From contig OZ037770.1 in NCBI GenBank assembly GCA_964035545.1, forward strand, positions 2,170,001 through 2,234,000: 64,000 bases of DNA, given 5' to 3'. Within the stretch, counting starts at the first letter, position 1. The number at the start of each line of letters is the position of its first letter. The notes under the pieces are model-generated. The model saw only the letters and a program-made list of their open reading frames with translations. It was not told where the DNA came from and did no database searches. This DNA comes from Bugula neritina. Its lineage: Eukaryota; Animalia; Bryozoa. Below, piece by piece: positions 25,501 to 38,817 of this stretch. Both the position numbers and the translations under genes were made by a program.

Positions 25501-28500
25501 CTTCCACCATAGAGGTGCTGCGACGACGCAGGTCCCTGCAAGGAGAGATCAATGAGAATATTCCACACAAGAGACGACAATTTCTTTAAAAGACTCACAA
25601 AACTAGACTAGCAGTCAGTAGAGAAAAAATGACAGCAACTTGAAAATTTCTTTTTTATAACTTTCTATTCATAATTTTCTATGATATTACAATATATTGT
25701 AATTATAAATAGAAGCCTATGGATATTATAATATAGAATAGACACCTACATATTATATATTACAATTTATTATAATATAATTTACTATTATAACAATAAT
25801 ATATGGTAACATATTTTTTATAAATTATTTGTTGGAAGTATCATAATTTCAATAATAAACCGACATTTTATAAAAATATATTACTACAACATTGTAGAAA
25901 TTACAATTATTTCTTAATATTCATTTGGAACATGAAATCAATATCAAAGCTCCTCTAAACATACTTCAACCTAATCATCATGTTAATACACACAGAGTAG
26001 TATATATTCTTCTACTCATCTCCCAGTTGGAGTCGAGCTGGAGAGAGAGACAGCTAGACCTATCAGGAGGGCAGTACCCCCACCAGGAGGGCAGTACCCC
26101 CAGCAGAGGAGAGAGAGAGGATGTTCACCCTCTAAATTAATGTCTTCACAGATACTGATTACAGGGGCAGAGAGAGAGAGAAGATAAATGACCTGGAACT
26201 GACCAAAACTAACTTCACCTCAACAAAATAACACCAACAAACATGTAGATCTTATCTATAAATAGATTTTTTTTCTATAAATAGAATAGATGCTGCCTAG
26301 ACCACCAATGGTGTATTGGTTTAAAATACTGGATTTGCTACATTCTTAAATTGAGATTCATGTCCCTTGAATAAATTACTTTTGAAAACCCAGAAAAAGT
26401 GGCTTAATCATATTAGGCAAGTTTTTAAATCCAAAACATGCATATAAACTTTGCAAATAGCCAACAGATGCACAAGGGACAGATAGTAAAACAGATACGT
26501 GCAAGTTTCAGTAACTCACAACTATTTGTAGCCTGAGGATTATTTACTTTACAACCAAACCTAACCAACAGCTGATGAGGGGGGGGAACCTCAAGACCAC
26601 AAGCTAGACTGAGTTCTAGGCCCCCAGGAGTACTGTGAAGAAGCTGGTACCAGTACTACCCACACTGGACCTAGTAGTGTCCCTGGGAACACGTACTGTG
26701 TAAATAAATAGCATCAGCCACTGTTTACTGAGTGCTGTCACACAGTGTCAGCACTAGGCTGCTGCTGGTACCTTAGAATCAGGCAGCTTTACCTTTGACC
26801 CCAGCCTACTAGTGTATGCTCTAGCATGATGTAAATAATTGTGTCATTTCTCACAGCACAACCAGCACTTTCTAGTTGAAATACAAACAGAGAGAAATTC
26901 CAACTCAATGAAAACCAGCAGAAATACAGCCGACATAACTGAGTAGTAGTATTGCTAGGTGACAGCTGGGGAGAAAATAGCAGTTGGGTAAACTGGGGAA
27001 TATTTGGAAAGTCGCAGCTGAGTGACTGGAATTCCGAGAATAGCTGTAGTAGTAATAGTGATGGTATCCCTAGAAACAGTAACCCGCTACTACTGTCACT
27101 AATTTTGAGCTATAAGACACCTGCAGCTGCCTGTCATGTCTAGAGGCAGCAATAGTATACCAGACAAGATGTATTAATTGATATTAAACTTGTGCAGATT
27201 GTTTTTATACTAAACTCAGTATTCAATTAGTCAAGACACTAGACAGGTGTAGTAATTGAGAAATTTGGGAAAAGCCTCAGTTCTAGAGGTAAAATTCAGC
27301 AGAAGTTGTTATTTTCAACCTGCGTCCCAAACTAAAAACTTTCGAGATAACCAATGGATTTGGGCTATTGAGATTTCTCCTAAAGGAATGGAGAAAGTGG
27401 CAGGGAAAAACTAACCAGAATATACTCTCTCAGTTTCAAGTGACTGAACACTCAATGCTCAAGTCAAAGAGTCAAGTTGCAAAGATAAGCGTAGTTAGTT
27501 TTTTTATCAATGACTGTTTCCTTTCCAGAAAGCACCAAAATAAACTTTGCAGTGATGTTTGTTGGCAGAGGACAATCATACAGAGTACAATTACCAGCAC
27601 TGGATTCTGGGTAATTTCCTGTTAGTTGTGAATCAGTGAGTTGAAGTTTTGGCCATCAAGATATTGTGAGTAGATAATACAAGTGCAGAAACAGGGCATA
27701 CAGCTGGTAAAACAATTAGTGAATAACAATATTATTAATATTACAACCATCTAAATATAACAGGCTTGTGTTATCTAAAATAAACCCAAATAATAACAAC
27801 AAATATTACATAATCATAGGAAGTGTGGTAAATCCATTAACATTGTGTTGAGAGAACAGCTGATCTGATCAGTGTGAATAAATACAGCATGTTTATATGC
27901 TGTAAAAGCAGAGTGAAAACATACCCTATAAAATAATCCCAAAATCTAAAATATGTAAATAGAGCGTGCAAATGCAGTTAATGGACAAAATTAAACATAT
28001 ATGTAGAGATGGGGTCAACTACACGCAATAGACAACCTAGAGCACCATTACCCAGCTATTTGGCTAGTTCTACACACAATATTACTACCCAGTAGGGTGT
28101 GAAATGGCTGTATCCCTACTCTAAGGAATATATATTGTACTCGCTGATGCTAACTACATAAATACAGTAATAAAATGCGTTGTAGTATAATATCATGGCC
28201 ACGTTACAAAAATATCTCTACCTATGAAATCATGAAACCAAATATCTTAACAATAAATGTGAATATAACACCATAATAATACTATAATACACTTGAGTAG
28301 GCCAATGATGGACAAATATTATGAGATTTTTTACATAATAGGATGATTTACATTGTTGCAGTATAAAGTATATTATTTAGAGCCAGTTAAGTGGGTATTG
28401 TTCACCAAGATAATCTATTGGTTCTCCAGTGGTCAAAAATATTGCTATTTTCTGTTGAAAATATTCATAACTACAGTTTCTAATCCCTGTATTATGTATG

Positions 28501-31500
28501 CCAACCACAATGTTTATGCATGACTCATCCCAGCTAATTAATACTTTAATGTCATGAACACTTTTCCTCTTTGGAAAAAGTTCTTTTAAATGCCAACAAA
28601 CAAGGCAAAAAACTAGGATTTCAACTTCAGCCACAACCAGGACTTTCAGTATTGCATAAAACAATTATAACATCATTATATAAACATTATCTACCAGTTT
28701 AAACATTAGCAACGTGCAGTTGTGTATCTTGTAGAGTATATAGCAGCCAAAGTCCACTTAATGTGATAGTAATAGCCTACAAACTATATTCTATCTATGA
28801 AACTCTAATATATCATATAATATTATACTAATGGTATATAGAAGCTATAATGTAACATTAAGTTATACTAATATCATTTTATATTAGCAATAAAATAGCA
28901 CTATATTATATAATAGCTTTAACATAACGCTAATACTATATACCAGCTATGAAATACTACTACACTATATACTAGCTGTAGTGTAACACTATGTTATATA
29001 ATATACAATTTTATACTAGCTGTATCAGTAGTGCCTACTCTGGAAGGACCTAACATACAATTTAGTCAAAAACTCAGCTGGGTGCTTTCACTGTTACGCA
29101 ACCTTCGAGGAAACCGCAGCCATTTTGTCAACAATGGTTAGTGGCATATAGTCAACTCTAAATGTCCTATAAAATGTTGAAATACGAAAATTGAACAATC
29201 ACTACACGTTGTAGAGTAACATTGGCAACATTTCCACAGGAAATGCTCTCAGAACAAAACACAACAGCTAGTATAAAGTGATTCATGACACAAATTGATG
29301 TAACTGTTTGATTGAGAACCTGTTGAGAAAACAAGAAGGCGATTATTTCACTTCTACAGCCTAGGAAATAACTTTCAGTATACAATACAGTTGTAGCATA
29401 CTGTAACCAGTATGATGTCATAGTAGACTAATAATATAGACCCTCATGTTGTGGTCAGATGTGACCAATAGCCTATGGAATGTAGGGCAGTCATTTCTCT
29501 ACCAAACCAAACCCACTTCAGTTTACAACTTTCAGGACCAGAATTGTAAAGCCAATTTTTAACTAAATTTCTTTCAAAACATGTTTATTGGAGAAATGAG
29601 ATAATATTATTTCTAGACTAATTCCTTGGGTGGTCAACAAAAACTACACTGTTTGGCCACCCAAGTGGCCCACACACACATTGAGGACGTAAACTGACAA
29701 CCCTGTCTTGCAGGATTCAACAAGATAGTCATTAAAAGTTCACATGAAGCTATTGCCCTCTCACCTGTAGTCAATTAAATTTCTAAGGTGAAGATAAATA
29801 TTAGTTATACCTGTGACAAATCAAACTGCCTGTACATAGAGGGCAAAGTGCACATTGCTGACAGCTATTAATAGAATACCTCAGTCATCCCTATCTCTCC
29901 TTCAGTGGGAACTACTGTTGGTGTTACAAGGAAATATCTTTAGTATTTGCATAGCCCAACTTCTATTGGGCTGAAGACTAAAAGTTGTATGCTGAAACCG
30001 AAATATCCCAATTCTGTAATTTTTTGTAAGGTCTAAGGAGTATATCAGTGAACTTTTATCGACAGCTAAGCTATGCATTGCAGTAGTTAGAAACCATAGA
30101 AGTGAACTTAGAAAGAGCTATAGCTCTAAGTATAGGAATAACTATTACTGTGTTTATAACCATAAGCCAGATCAAGAATATTTGACCTGGAAACGTGACA
30201 TGAAAATATCTCCCAGAACAGCTTAAAATGAGAGACAAACAGACAGACGTACCAGTTATCAGAGGCGCTACTGCTGTCCCTATTGGCTGACCCACTGAAC
30301 CCGCTGTCAGAATCGGAAAGATCTGATTGGTCGTCAGAGAGGAAGGACACGGGCAGCTCGTCATCAAGATCAAGGCCGTCCTCGTGAAAGGCGCTGTCAG
30401 CTATAGACACGCTGGGTGTGACAGGGGTGTGCTGTGGTGGGGGTTCAAAGGAGCTGGTGTTCAAGGTCAATTCCAGGTCATCTCTGTGACAAGCCTGAGT
30501 TGAAGTCTGTTTCACTGTAGGTTTGGGAGTTGAGGTGGAGGCAGGCTGGCTGGACATTCTCTGAAGAGGTCTAGCAACGATCTCTTCGGGTATCGAAGAG
30601 AATTCCAGCTGAGAAGTCGTCCGTCTGCGCTGTAAACTCCGAGCAGGGTCCATGCTAACTGCTTCTAACTTTGCTGTAGATACTTCAGGCACGTGCTTCA
30701 CTGAGCGCGGTTTTGTAACGAATGCACTCTAACAGCATATCAACATTAGTGAATCATCCACACTATAATCATAATGCGATTATATCTCCAATCCTATTGG
30801 CTAATAGAAAGAACTACTTTGCTAACCGCATCTGCATTCACAACGCGATTACGAAGGATACTAGCTTCAGTGCGCATGCGCAGGTCTCATCACGTTTTCT
30901 AGCCCATACACCAAGTGACACAGAGATAGCAGATTTGACCTTTGTATTGACCTTGAATGGCAGCTAAGTGTAGAGATAACGTCATAATGAGCATCAGTGG
31001 CACTCTGTACCAACTGATAGGAAAAAGGGGTGGAACTAAACATAATATCGAAATGGTATTAGCTAAACAGCAGTTAGTGATGTCGGGTTGTTTGTAGGTA
31101 CACCACTGTGCCCACATGCATTTATTTATATACCATAAGCACGAGCCATGCAGACACTGTGGGTGGCCAGTGGGAATGCTAAAGGAAGTGGGTAAAATGT
31201 GTACAGCAGAATCACTGCTGCTACCCTTGATAGAATTATAATAGAAATTCATATTCTACAATTATTACGCAATCAAGCCCCAATATTTACTGCAGGCTGT
31301 ATGTTTTTAACATATGCATAAGTAAGACACCTAAAAGATGGCTTTTCCACTCTAATTCACATGTGTGTGCAAAATAGTTTCATCTGTTATGCCTCTGAAG
31401 ACCACATAAATGTAGGCTGGGGGTAGCATCAGGCCCTAGGGCCGCCTGTTGGACAGCCCTGGTATAGAGGTAGCAACATGAATATATTTCGAAAAGACAA

Positions 31501-34500
31501 CTCCTAGTCTAAAAACCAATTTGTAAAAGGCTCCATCAGCCATTTTTCCTACCAATTCCCAAGAAATCGAAAAGTTAACTCATCACAATGCCTGCACCTA
31601 TTTCATAGATAGAGTAGATAACTTTGAATTATACAAACATATAATTGAAACTATTATCAATTTGATAATAATGAAACACAATAGCCAACACCTGTGCTAA
31701 AAATAGAAACTTCCTTGAGTGGAGCAACTGTAATGATATTCAGAGAATTTACGTTCAGCTTATTAAACTTATTTCGGACAAAATAAATAATTCAACATGG
31801 CCACAGTGACTAAGTAAGGCCACCATCAAAGTGAGTAGTGTACTGCATATTGGATATGGAGGTACAATAGTGGAGAAATTTTAATGGTCAAAGTTCTTTA
31901 GGTTTTTCAATGAATTTTGGTTTGGGACACAGGTTGAATTTCTCAGGATAACACAACTTCTATTGCTAATATAAAAAACAGGCTTTTTCAATTTTTCCAT
32001 TACTGTATCTACCTTGTGCTAGATTTGTGCATTGTAGGTTCAAGAGAGGCATTGTATATACAACCTACAAGCTAGTTTTGTAAATATTCAACACATTTCA
32101 GTCATTTGATCAGTTTCCTAGAGAGCAATATGGAGTAAGCCTAGTGACTGGCACGGAATTGCTCTATGCTGGTATTTAAATTAAAACAAAGCAGAAATAT
32201 GTTAGAGGCATGAGACCAATTACCACATCCTTTCCATGGACAGTGCTGGAATGCTATAATATCATATTCTGATGCCACCATCATTAGTACACACACTTCA
32301 TGTTATATATCCAACTGCAATAATTACACTTCATGTAATTAACAATAGGCTCAATTATACTGGAATTTCCAGTTCTTTGAAAATCGGAACACAAAAGGCA
32401 AGAGACTAAATTAGAAGACATTGCATGGCATGGAAATTATGTAAATTTTTATTCAAGGAAAGAAAATTTGGGCAAGGAATCGGCCACAGTGGTAAATAGT
32501 AGCAGATAAATGACTTGCTCACTCTATCTGATTCAGAGCGATTCCTGTTTGTGGGTCAAACAATTTTAATTGAATACTGAATCACTCTTTTCCTAGTACT
32601 CCAAATATTTGATCTAGTAAACAGCAGTTAAAGAGAATAACCTAATAATCCATTGAGGGATCTATTGAGAGCAGTGAGTGAGTGAGTGAGTGAGTGAGTG
32701 AGTGAGTGAGTGAGTGAGTGAGTGATTGAGTGAGTGAGTGAGTGAGTGAGTGAGTGAGTGAGTGAGTGAGTGAGTGAGTGAGAAAGTTATTGCAAGACAT
32801 GCAGATTGAGAAAGTGAGCAAGAAAGTAAGTGATTGAGAAGAGAGTAAGTGATTGAGAGAGAGTAAATAACTGATGAGGGAATGAGACTGTGATAGAGAG
32901 AAAAGCTGCTAGTCATGGGTAAGTCAGTGATTTAGTAGATAAGCGAGTGATTCAGTGATTGAGTTTGAAAAAAGAGCAAGAGAAGAATCTAGACTTTCAG
33001 AAGCAACATTAAAAAACAATAATTTCAGAAAATACCATGTGGGTGAAATACTATCACAAACCCCATCAGCTGCTTTATTACTATCACTTAATGAGGTGTT
33101 GAGAAGTAGACAACTTCGAAAAACTTCTAAATTAACACCAAACTATGAATTTCTATTCCCGTGATCCTGTGCAGAAGACAACACCTAATCAGACCAGCGA
33201 CACACTTTTCTAAGAGAAGTTATCTTCTCCATAAACGCCATAGAGACTGAAGACAAAACAGACTATTATTGTTTGAACGTGATTGGTTTAAACAAGAAAC
33301 TGTTTTCCTAGCCTAAACTTGCAAAGCCCCATAGAATACCAGAACTTGACAGAACTCAGCCTAAACTGGATTATATATTATTACATCATTATTTTGTCTC
33401 CTTATCCACAAGGACACCAAAGATGAGTTAAAGCTGTGGGGACAACTTCATTTCACTCAAATATCATTACTAAAATATCGAGAAATCAAATAAAAATGTT
33501 GTAAGAATAACTTATTCCTGTTTTAGCATTAGCTTCATATTTCATTTACCAGTAATTAATCAAACTGAATACAAATTTATTACATGAGAACACAACTCAG
33601 AAAATAGTAAAATAACTGGTGCTCAATTCACATGACAAAAAATCGCGAACACTAACATCAGAATGTTACTTGTTTATGAACTACTAGTGTGATCTGATAC
33701 AGGCAACAGAGTAGTAGAGCAGACAATATCATATTATATTTTTCACACAATCTTATTCCAACCAACGTTATTCAAAAGGTTTTTCTTGACATAAAAACAT
33801 AGGAGAGTGAAAAGATAACTCCCAGGTGATAGGATATACTAATAGAATTCAGAGTAGCTAGTGATACGACCCAATTCCAGCAAACCTCTCAACACTGTCA
33901 CACAGACAACACAATAATGTAGAGCGAGATGTTACTGCCCTGCAAAATACTTGACAAGACGGAAAGACAGGAGGGAATACATAAACATATACCAGCGAGC
34001 CATGCGATAACCGCAGGAGTAAAAATAGACAACATGCTCAAAAAGATGATAACTCCAACACCACACCACCGCATATATAATAACCTTCTCAGCTACACTA
34101 TGGAACTTGTTAATATCATGTATTCATCAAGCATTGAATGTGAAAAGATAACTACTAAAATAACATATCTCACTGTCAGAAAGACAATTATAATTTTCAG
34201 GCTAATGCAATGTTAATTATATATAATATGCGATGATATATGATTAGAGTTAAATACCATGTAATATAACATGTACTACAACTAAGCTGTTAATATTCAT
34301 CGTTTTATAGCAGTAAATACTTCATAATATCAGGTCTGAAATTTGTGCATAAAAGTCACCATCTTTGTTATAATATCAGGTCTGAAATTCAGAGATAAAA
34401 GTCACCATCTTAGCTTCTACAAGTTTAAAAGACTTCTAAGAAGAGCAGCTGACAAAGACTACAGCAGTAAACATGGCTGCTGATCCCAAAGTAAACATCA

Positions 34501-34691
34501 CCAGAGTATAACAATGGTAGGCTACTAAAGGTGAAGGTCACTTACTCATCGCTGGCAGACTGAGCTTCTAACAGCTCGCGAGATCTCTGTCTACGATAGA
34601 GGCTGTGATCGACCTTGTCCTCCAGCTCGTCGGCCAACTCGGTGAGGTCGATATGATTCGTAGTGGAAGTGGCGGGCTGGACTTCCTCCAT
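19580..34691 (-). CDS. RAB3IP: Rab3A-interacting protein / Rabin8 (Sec2-domain Rab GEF)
   Basis: Exons 34691-34546, [30726-30253 cassette, acceptor uncertain], 25535-25352, 24707-24630, 24223-24112, 22601-22456, 22058-21930, 21786-21707, 21410-21311, 20886-20817, 19653-19580; phases consistent. Sec2 motif [52 protein letters not shown]-terminal MARLG. Confidence 0.92.
19810..20816 (-). repeat. 15-bp minisatellite (GTAAGTTACTCTACT), about 67 copies, seeded at a RAB3IP splice donor
   Basis: Array begins at the first intron base after exon 20886-20817. Confidence 0.95.
24505..24629 (-). repeat. 21-bp minisatellite (GTATGATTGTATATTCCTACA), 5-6 copies, starting at a RAB3IP donor
   Basis: First unit is the donor GTGAGTTGTATATTCCTACA. 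Confidence 0.85.
32674..32781. repeat. (GTGA)n microsatellite
   Basis: Tetranucleotide run. Confidence 0.95.
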
Positions 34692-35076
34692 CTGGACGGC
34701 TGAAAGTAGGACAGGAAATGAATATTCACAGGAAGTACCAGTAGATGCAGACCCTCAAAACATGGTCTCTAAACAAGCAAGAAAGCTGCAGGTTTAAAGT
34801 CAATAGCAAAAGTTTTTTGTTACTATTGAAAATTAAAATTTATAGAAGGAAACATCAAATAAAAATAAATATTACAATTAAATACTATTTAGAGTCTACA
34901 GAGTTGGACTGAGCCTTACACGGCAAAAGTTACAAAATTCTAAAGAATACTTGAATTAGAAATTTATAAACTGAAAATGACCACTTTTATATGATAAACT
35001 GCAAAATTAGTTGAATTGTCCTTAAACTATATCTGTAGAGAGCTATGGAGTACAGTATAGCTGAGAGAAAATGTGC

Positions 35077-35125
35077 TGCAGTGGTTGCAGTGGTTGCAGT
35101 GGTTGCAGTGGTTGCAGTGGCTGCA
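35077..35125. repeat. 9-bp tandem repeat (GCAGTGGTT) x5
   Basis: Direct reading. Confidence 0.9.
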
Positions 35126-35879
35126 GAGTGCAGTACAGAGCACACTTACACAAGAGTTGGTGGGAAGGGGAGGGAGGGGAGGGGGGTTGCAGAGCCTGTG
35201 GTGAGCCAGGAAGGGCACATAATCACGTCTGTACCTCAGCATATTATGCAAATTTGTACCAAACCATAATTTAAAAAGGAAATATTTATTGCTGCACAAT
35301 GATATCCACAGATTATATGATTTTAATCTAACAGGGTTAATATTATAAATATAACCATAAATATTAGTATCAATATTAATATTAATACAAAATAACTATA
35401 AGTATAACTGAATCTGTTACAACTAATACTATAAGTAACTTTAACAATACGTGTAAGATATAACTCTTTCAGATACAGCTACTACAATCTTTTAGAGTTC
35501 TACTAAAACTTAGTCTTATGCTATGCGATTAGGTATGACCATTATGATTTTGATAATGTTTATCATTATGATTATGATTATTACTAACATTACAATAATC
35601 ATTATGACCATGTTTTAAGTTATAACAATAATTACTATCACTATTAGTAGTAACCATGAAAATAAGTCAATAAAAGTTAGACTAACAGTAACTTTAATAG
35701 TGAAACTAAGAGTGACCGTGAAGACTAACTTAGTTTCTTGCACTTTTAGTTATACCAAGAGTAATACTTATACTTATAGTTAATCATAATCATAATGATA
35801 TTGAGTCTTATTCATTCATATAATAATAAATTGATACAGAACCAGAATGACTATGAGAATGAGAATAATAATGAATATT

Positions 35880-36425
35880 TAATTCAATAATTAATGATAA
35901 TACCAATACTTAATACTAATACTAATACTAATAGTATTACTCAATTATTATTAATACAATACTAGTATTAGTATTACTATTAGTATAACTATTACTATTA
36001 CTATTAGTATTAGTAATACATTTAGTTTTACTCTTACATTTATTGTATAAGTATTGCTTGTATTGGTGATTTACTTTTACTTTTACAGCATTGCTAAGCT
36101 TCACCATCATACTGACACTAATACTAATAGTAATACTAATGGTAATACTTATACTTAATACTAATACTATAGTAATACTATTAGTATTAATATTAGTATT
36201 ACTATTACTAATACTAATAGTATTAGTAACAGTAATACTAATACTTGTAGTAATAGTATTACTGAGTAATACTAAGTAATAGTAATAATTATACTAATTA
36301 CTAATACTAATACTAATAGTAATAGTAATACTAATACTAATAGTAATACTAATAGTAACACTAAATGACTAATACTAATACTAATAGTAATACTAATAGT
36401 AATACTAATAGTTATACTTATAGTA
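35880..36425. repeat. Low-complexity TAATAC/TAGTAA-type repeat
   Basis: Degenerate AT-rich tri/hexanucleotide tract. Confidence 0.8.
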
Positions 36426-38817
36426 ATGGCAATGCTGTTGCTTGAAGTTGCTAACAGTAACCTGTGTCCTATATCAATATGCCAAAGCTCTCATCAAGTG
36501 AATGACAAAGATTAGCCTCAAGTGTGCCTGTAGCCAAAAAAGGAGATTTGCAGCATAAAAAACTCAAAAGTTAGAGTAAAAGTTAAGATTGAGCATCCTC
36601 CTACAGTCTACACTACGACTGAACGAAAATTGCTAGGCGCAGCACGGAGTTAGTACCCAATTAGTGCATTAGTGCAAGGTCCTCATATTTGGTGTTTGGA
36701 TTTGGAAGCCGATCATGGACAAGTATAGTATACTGTTTGGAGTCACCCCCTATTTGGTGCTGCTTCAAGTCATATTTCAACTTGCACAGCAGAAGTTTGA
36801 CGATGCATGACGTTCTAACTACCTAAATAGACGTATCCTGTCGCCGAAATTAGATTTAACCAGAGCGTCTTAAAACAATACTACTACTACTACTACTACT
36901 GTCCCACTGAGCTGAAAAATCTTATTGAGTTCGATGTATCGTATCAAAAAATAACTCTCAAGTGTCATTATATCTAAGGCTATGGTCAAAGTCCACGGCA
37001 ATGATTGGTCGGTTATTGGAATCTACACACAATAGCAATATGCTGACAGATTCTTGGAGATACTCATATTGAGATTATAATAATTATTAGGTTGCTTGAG
37101 TCTCAGTGCACAGTTTTGGATTAGTTGTAGTTGCAACATCGTGCGAGTTAGAACAATGTTTTTGATGTTGGTATTTCAATATGTATAATTTAAATTATTA
37201 TCAAATTCTGTTGACACTGTTACTGTTAGTCATAGTCATACTGATACTCATAGTCATACTGCTAGTGCTAATAATATTGCTATTACTATTAGTATTACTA
37301 TTAGTATTACTATTAGTAATAGTGATGCAGTCAGTGTTATGAGTCGCACCTACTCCTAGTGATTATCCAACTCCTACTGTTACACTTACTGTTAGTGTTG
37401 CTATTGCTGTAAGTGTAACAGTAGCTCAGTCAGTGTTACTGCCTTATTCATATTGAGTTGGCAACTGTTAAACTAAGACTTACTCTTACTCTAAGCCTTT
37501 TTTAGTTACTCTTACTAGTAAATAAGAAGTACTATAGTGGTAATGCAACACTAACTCTAAGACTAAGAGTCTTAGTCTTAGAGTTAGTGTTGCATTACTA
37601 CTAGAGTACTACTTATTTTTATTACTATTACTATTAGTATTAGGTCTAGTACTACTGCTACTATTACACGTAGTGATGCACTTTCAACTAGTTATTACTT
37701 ATTACTAATACCTATGGTTATAAGATATATTTGTATTTGTACTAATAATAATATTTAGACTATTTACTTTTAAGTTACTGCAAGACAGGTATGTGTTATT
37801 CCTACAATTACTGAATTAGTATTACTGTTCGAGTTGCTACTTATTACTACTAATACTAACAGTAAGTGTAACTAACTAACTTAAACTTAGCAGTTGACAG
37901 TAACAGTGTTAGTATGATTATAAATATTTGAATCACTATGATTAAGTTAAAAACTTTCACATTTATTGTGACTATCACTATCATTATGAGTATATCTAAA
38001 ACTAAGACTTAGACCACTATTAAATTCACTTAAACTTAGATTTTGTGATAGTTAGAATCACTGTCAGTTATGAGTTGCACCTACACTTGGTTTCACAGTT
38101 ACACTTAACTGTTAAACCAAGTCATTAACTGTCACTTGATTCTTACTTTAATTTTTAAGCAGTTATATTTAAAGGCAGTTTTAAATTTTCAGTTCAAGGA
38201 TATTATGTTTTTAAACTTTTTGCTATTAGGCATTTTATTTTCAATAGTTGTGGTCTACAGATAGTATTAAATATTATAAAAAAGTTATTTGCAAAATATT
38301 GACTGGTCTTGTTATTGCATGCTTTGGGTATGATATTCACTTGATACTCGTTGTGAGTCACTGTGAGTCTTAATGAAATGTTATTATAGTCATGATTTTG
38401 ATCTTAGATATACATTAAATAAGTGTTTTGGTTGTCTAACTGTATTGTTTACAATACTGTAAAGTTTTCAGTTACACTTCAAATCAATCTTTACATAGCA
38501 TTGTTGCTATTAGTATTTGGTAGTCATGTTGATTGCCAATGAGTGATAGTTGGTCAGCTTATTATTATCATTGTTGATAGATATTATCAACTTGCTCATT
38601 TCTCACCCAGTCATACTGTAATTTCTCTTTCTGTTTCATGCAATTTTCTGGCTAAGTTTATATATAAACATGTTATAGTTTTCATTAAATTTATAAAAAA
38701 AACAAGCTTTCGTTTTGGGTATCGTGTAATTACCCTGATGTGAATAGCTGACATTGTTGCTAGAAATTGATGACTGAGTTTTCAAAGTTTGTAGTCAGCT
38801 CTGACCTTTGACCTGTG

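Noticed and set aside
29095-29127. AAAATGGCTGC..AAG|GT as an alternative first coding exon of RAB3IP
   Set aside because: Weak donor and phase 0, whereas the next exon needs phase 2
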